Below are positions 25,688-28,015 of a stretch of DNA of 28,015 nucleotides, piece by piece. The notes beneath the pieces are model-generated. The model did no database searches. It saw only the letters and a list, made by a program, of their open reading frames with translations, and was not told the DNA's origin. The DNA comes from a virus (lineage: Duplodnaviria > Caudoviricetes). The stretch spans positions 1 through 28,015 of IMG/VR virus record IMGVR_UViG_3300032212_000120. The stretch is one strand, 5' to 3'. A program made the translations under genes and the position numbers. Position 1 is the stretch's first letter. Each line of letters opens with the position of its first letter.

Positions 25688-26223
25688 CCACAGATGTTTT
25701 AGACCTGCCCGAGTTATCAACCAACCCCTCACAGCCTGATGTGACGGTCAATCAGATGCTCGCTGAGATAGAAGCAAAGACGGTCAGGGTTATATCTAGC
25801 ACGACCACGGCAGAACCAGGATCACCTAGTGAGGGCGACACCTACATCATACCGGGCAGCGCGACAGGAACAGATTGGGCGACTTATACCCAAGATGATA
25901 TAGCGCATTATTACAACGGAGTATGGACGAACTACACACCTAATGAGGGGTGGATCGTCTATGTCAATGATGCAGATGTGATTGCCAAGTTTAATGGCAC
26001 GGATTGGGTTGGCACGATTGTTGAGGACGTGAACAATAATGTCACAGTTGGTGAGGCATCACTTGCCACAACTGCAACAGATGGATTTCTGTACATCCCA
26101 TCCTGTGCAGGCACGCCAACCGGCACACCTACCACAAAGACAGGCTTTGCACCGCTTGTCATTGATTCAACAAACAACAAGCTCTATGCCTACATCGGCG
26201 GTGCTTGGCAGGTTATGAACTAA
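25684..26223 (+). CDS. DUF2793-domain tail fibre adaptor
   Basis: L.LP.L...SQP.VTVN, P.SP.EGD.YII...ATG.DW.....DIA.Y..G.W....P.EGW..YV. C-terminal LAT.ATDGFLYIP.CAG.PTG.P...G.AP.V.D..NNKLY.Y.GGAW. Confidence 0.85.
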   Translation: MTTDVLDLPELSTNPSQPDVTVNQMLAEIEAKTVRVISSTTTAEPGSPSEGDTYIIPGSATGTDWATYTQDDIAHYYNGVWTNYTPNEGWIVYVNDADVIAKFNGTDWVGTIVEDVNNNVTVGEASLATTATDGFLYIPSCAGTPTGTPTTKTGFAPLVIDSTNNKLYAYIGGAWQVMN

Positions 26224-26239
26224 GCGAGGAGCCAGGTAA

Positions 26240-26464
26240 ATGTCTGATCAAGCTGACACACAAGAAGAAATAAAAAAACTTCGTGCCGAGTTTAACGAGT
26301 TTCGCACTGAGATGAATGAGTTACTGGATATATTCAGAGCATCCAAAGGCTTTATCAAAGTGGCGGGGCGCATCGGGCAACTTATTAAATGGGCGGCGGG
26401 TTTAGGGATCAGTGTCGGGGCACTTTGGTACTTCCTGAAAACAGGGCATTGGCCGGAGCATTAG
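26240..26464 (+). CDS. putative holin-like membrane protein
   Basis: Coiled-coil N-terminus plus one C-terminal TM helix. Directly upstream of the endolysin. GAGGAG RBS. Confidence 0.5.
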   Translation: MSDQADTQEEIKKLRAEFNEFRTEMNELLDIFRASKGFIKVAGRIGQLIKWAAGLGISVGALWYFLKTGHWPEH

Positions 26465-26465
26465 C

Positions 26466-26879
26466 ATGGATAAAGAATTAATCCTTGATCTGCTAAAGCG
26501 TCATGAGGGTTTAAGGCTGAAGCCTTATTTATGCAGCGCGGGTAAATTAACCATCGGATATGGGCACAACCTGGATAACCCAATTTCTGAAGAAGTTGCG
26601 GAGGCTATTCTTATGACTGATATGGCTATCGCGATCCAAGAATGCATCTATCTCGAATACTGGCCCCATCTTTCAGAAGTTCGTCAGGCTGTGATCGTTG
26701 ATATGGTTTTTAATCTAGGGATGTCCAGATTCAAGAAATTCAAAAAGATGAGAGCAGCAATCATGAAGCGTGATTTTAAAACCGCCTCACAGGAGATGCT
26801 TGATTCAAAGTGGGCAAGGCAAGTCGGCGGCAGGGCTATACGATTATCAAAGATGATGGAAACGAATAAAGCTTCATAG
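26466..26879 (+). CDS. endolysin, lysozyme (GH24/T4-like)
   Basis: HEGLRLKPY.C.AGKLTIGYGHNL, RQ.V.VDMVFNLG......FKKM, EMLDSKWA.QVG.RA.RL..MM. Confidence 0.93.
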   Translation: MDKELILDLLKRHEGLRLKPYLCSAGKLTIGYGHNLDNPISEEVAEAILMTDMAIAIQECIYLEYWPHLSEVRQAVIVDMVFNLGMSRFKKFKKMRAAIMKRDFKTASQEMLDSKWARQVGGRAIRLSKMMETNKAS

Positions 26880-26888
26880 GTGAACAAC

Positions 26889-27152
26889 ATGAGATTAATT
26901 CTGATGGCCGCTATTGCGGCTTTTTTTATGTCTGGGTGTGCGGTTCTTGGTGAGGCGTTTGATTACCTGGGGATGAAGCGCGGCCAATTTGCAAAAGCAG
27001 AATTTGCCGATGCCATAGACCGGGCGTGTTCCGCAAATATGGATGAGGTGATTTCTAAGTATGGCAATGACGCTGATGATTGGAAGGCGTTTCTCAGAAC
27101 GTGCCGGTATGGACAGGGCGACAAAGACCTTCCAAGCAACGTAGAAAGATGA
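26889..27152 (+). CDS. lipoprotein (possible spanin-like lysis accessory)
   Basis: MRLILMAAIAAFFMSG-C lipobox, two further Cys, follows the endolysin. Start is 26889 or 26880. Confidence 0.65.
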   Translation: MRLILMAAIAAFFMSGCAVLGEAFDYLGMKRGQFAKAEFADAIDRACSANMDEVISKYGNDADDWKAFLRTCRYGQGDKDLPSNVER

Positions 27153-27550
27153 AATATCGCGGGGGGTATAAGTATCAGCTTGCTGCATCGGTCAAAGTAC
27201 AAATCCCTGTCTATCCCTCAGAGGACATTGATGCCAAGTTTATAAAGCTCAGTCGCGGCGGCGTGATGACTATCCTTATAGGGTACGCATGGGATGGCCC
27301 AAGTGGGCCGACCTTCGACACGGCAAACTTCATGCGCGGATCATTGGTGCATGACGCGCTTTATGAGTTGATGAGAAAACAATTGCTTTCTATCAAGTGG
27401 CGCAAACCTGCAGACAGAATACTACAGCGCATTTGTATTGAGGATGGAATGACGCGAGCACGCGCTTGGTGGGTGTACACGGGTCTGCAGATTGCAGGCG
27501 GTGAAGCGGCTCTGCCCGGAAATAAAAAACCGATATTGGAGGCTCCATGA
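27149..27550 (+). CDS. DUF1353-like protein
   Basis: MKY..GYKYQL, GYAWDGPSGPT.DT..FMRGSLVHDALY.LMR, ADR.L..IC.EDGM...RAW.VY. ATGA coupling at 27149. Confidence 0.75.
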   Translation: MKYRGGYKYQLAASVKVQIPVYPSEDIDAKFIKLSRGGVMTILIGYAWDGPSGPTFDTANFMRGSLVHDALYELMRKQLLSIKWRKPADRILQRICIEDGMTRARAWWVYTGLQIAGGEAALPGNKKPILEAP

Positions 27551-27792
27551 AGAAACTCATATTGTTGTTAATGCTTTTCTCTACCCATTGTTTTGGTAAA
27601 GCAACGCTTGTCACATCATGCGGTATGCCTGTGCTGTTTAGTTTTGAGTATAACGATGAGCATTATGAGATCGAGCCTTATGAGATGACAGGAGAAATAT
27701 TAATGATGTGGAAAGAGGCGGTACAACAGGGTGAGGTCAGGTTAATTGAAGCTCAACATCTATACCCTTATATCTGTCCTGCATCAGCTTAG
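27547..27792 (+). CDS. secreted hypothetical protein
   Basis: Signal peptide MKKLILLLMLFSTHCFG. GGAGG RBS. ATGA coupling. Confidence 0.65.
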   Translation: MKKLILLLMLFSTHCFGKATLVTSCGMPVLFSFEYNDEHYEIEPYEMTGEILMMWKEAVQQGEVRLIEAQHLYPYICPASA

Positions 27793-27865
27793 TCAGAACC
27801 TTGATCGGTTTGATTGCTTTGCATACGGCTTGGCGTTTGGTTTCTTTGTCGGGGTGATGATATGA
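27746..27865 (+). CDS. possible 39-aa membrane peptide (MKLNIYTLISVLHQLSQNLDRFDCFAYGLAFGFFVGVMI)
   Basis: TTG start after GAGGT, hydrophobic C-terminus, and a stop forming an ATGA overlap with the next gene. Overlaps the previous gene by 47 nt. Confidence 0.3.
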   Translation: MKLNIYTLISVLHQLSQNLDRFDCFAYGLAFGFFVGVMI

Positions 27866-28015
27866 AAAAGAAACTTGTTGAGGTCACTTGGCAGGACATC
27901 GAGTGTCAGCCAGGGTGGCAAGATGATGACAGCAAACCCCTCCCCATTCTCAAATCATACGGGTTACTTATCCGTAAAGGCAATCCGCTAAAAATAGCCT
28001 CAACTTACGATAAAG
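27862..28015 (+). CDS. hypothetical phage protein, 5' part (runs off the window)
   Basis: MKKKLVEVTWQDIECQPGW...SYGLL......KIASTYD has the V.V.W.D....GW...S.G.L...IAST pattern common in phage proteins. GGGGTG RBS-like sequence upstream. Confidence 0.6.
   Translation, partial: MKKKLVEVTWQDIECQPGWQDDDSKPLPILKSYGLLIRKGNPLKIASTYDK

Noticed and set aside
20229-26223. The region being a gene transfer agent
   Set aside because: The nin/Q genes, packaging HNH, cos-like site, P27-type TerS and a long tape measure indicate a genuine phage.
1412-27614. Numerous minus-strand and nested alternative-frame ORFs in the track (e.g. 3440-3832, 6059-6562, 14436-14987, 21432-21839)
   Set aside because: They lie wholly within well-supported + strand genes, lack motifs or RBSs, and look like shadow ORFs.
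1-28015. tRNA, rRNA, integrase, IS elements or introns/inteins in TerL, portal or capsid
   Set aside because: None recognised by eye, and the core proteins have normal lengths with contiguous motifs. A covariance-model scan was not run.

Overview
This window is about 28 kb of a lambdoid-style tailed dsDNA phage or prophage (siphovirus), almost entirely on the + strand. Gene order: end of the early/nin region (DUF5664-like, DUF7220-like, HTH, a collapsed DNA-methylase remnant, DUF1367, NinG, Q-like), then a late promoter/terminator, two small morons, two HNH genes, a probable cos site, and the HK97-type head (TerS, TerL, portal, protease, major capsid). A 5.5 kb accessory block follows the capsid gene, then neck genes, tail tube, frameshifted tail chaperones, tape measure, an RcGTA-type tail tip (DUF2460, DUF2163, NlpC/P60, megatron, DUF2793) and lysis genes. 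The most interesting part is the post-capsid block. A hidden -1 frameshift signal (GAGGAG-N11-A_AAA_AAG) appears to fuse a small post-capsid protein to a Maf/MptE-like glycosyltransferase domain that has no start codon of its own. A SAM methyltransferase and a KpsS/capsule-type transferase follow. Several structural proteins carry short Ser-Pro loops where I recall homologs having none, which together suggests a phage-encoded virion glycosylation system with a Ser-Pro acceptor tag (a hypothesis). Also present are a headless fragment of a second, podovirus-type portal gene, a covarying CC-GTGA-GG hairpin upstream of structural genes, and a discoidin-like insert in the baseplate hub. All family assignments come from my recognition of motifs and gene order; no database search was run.
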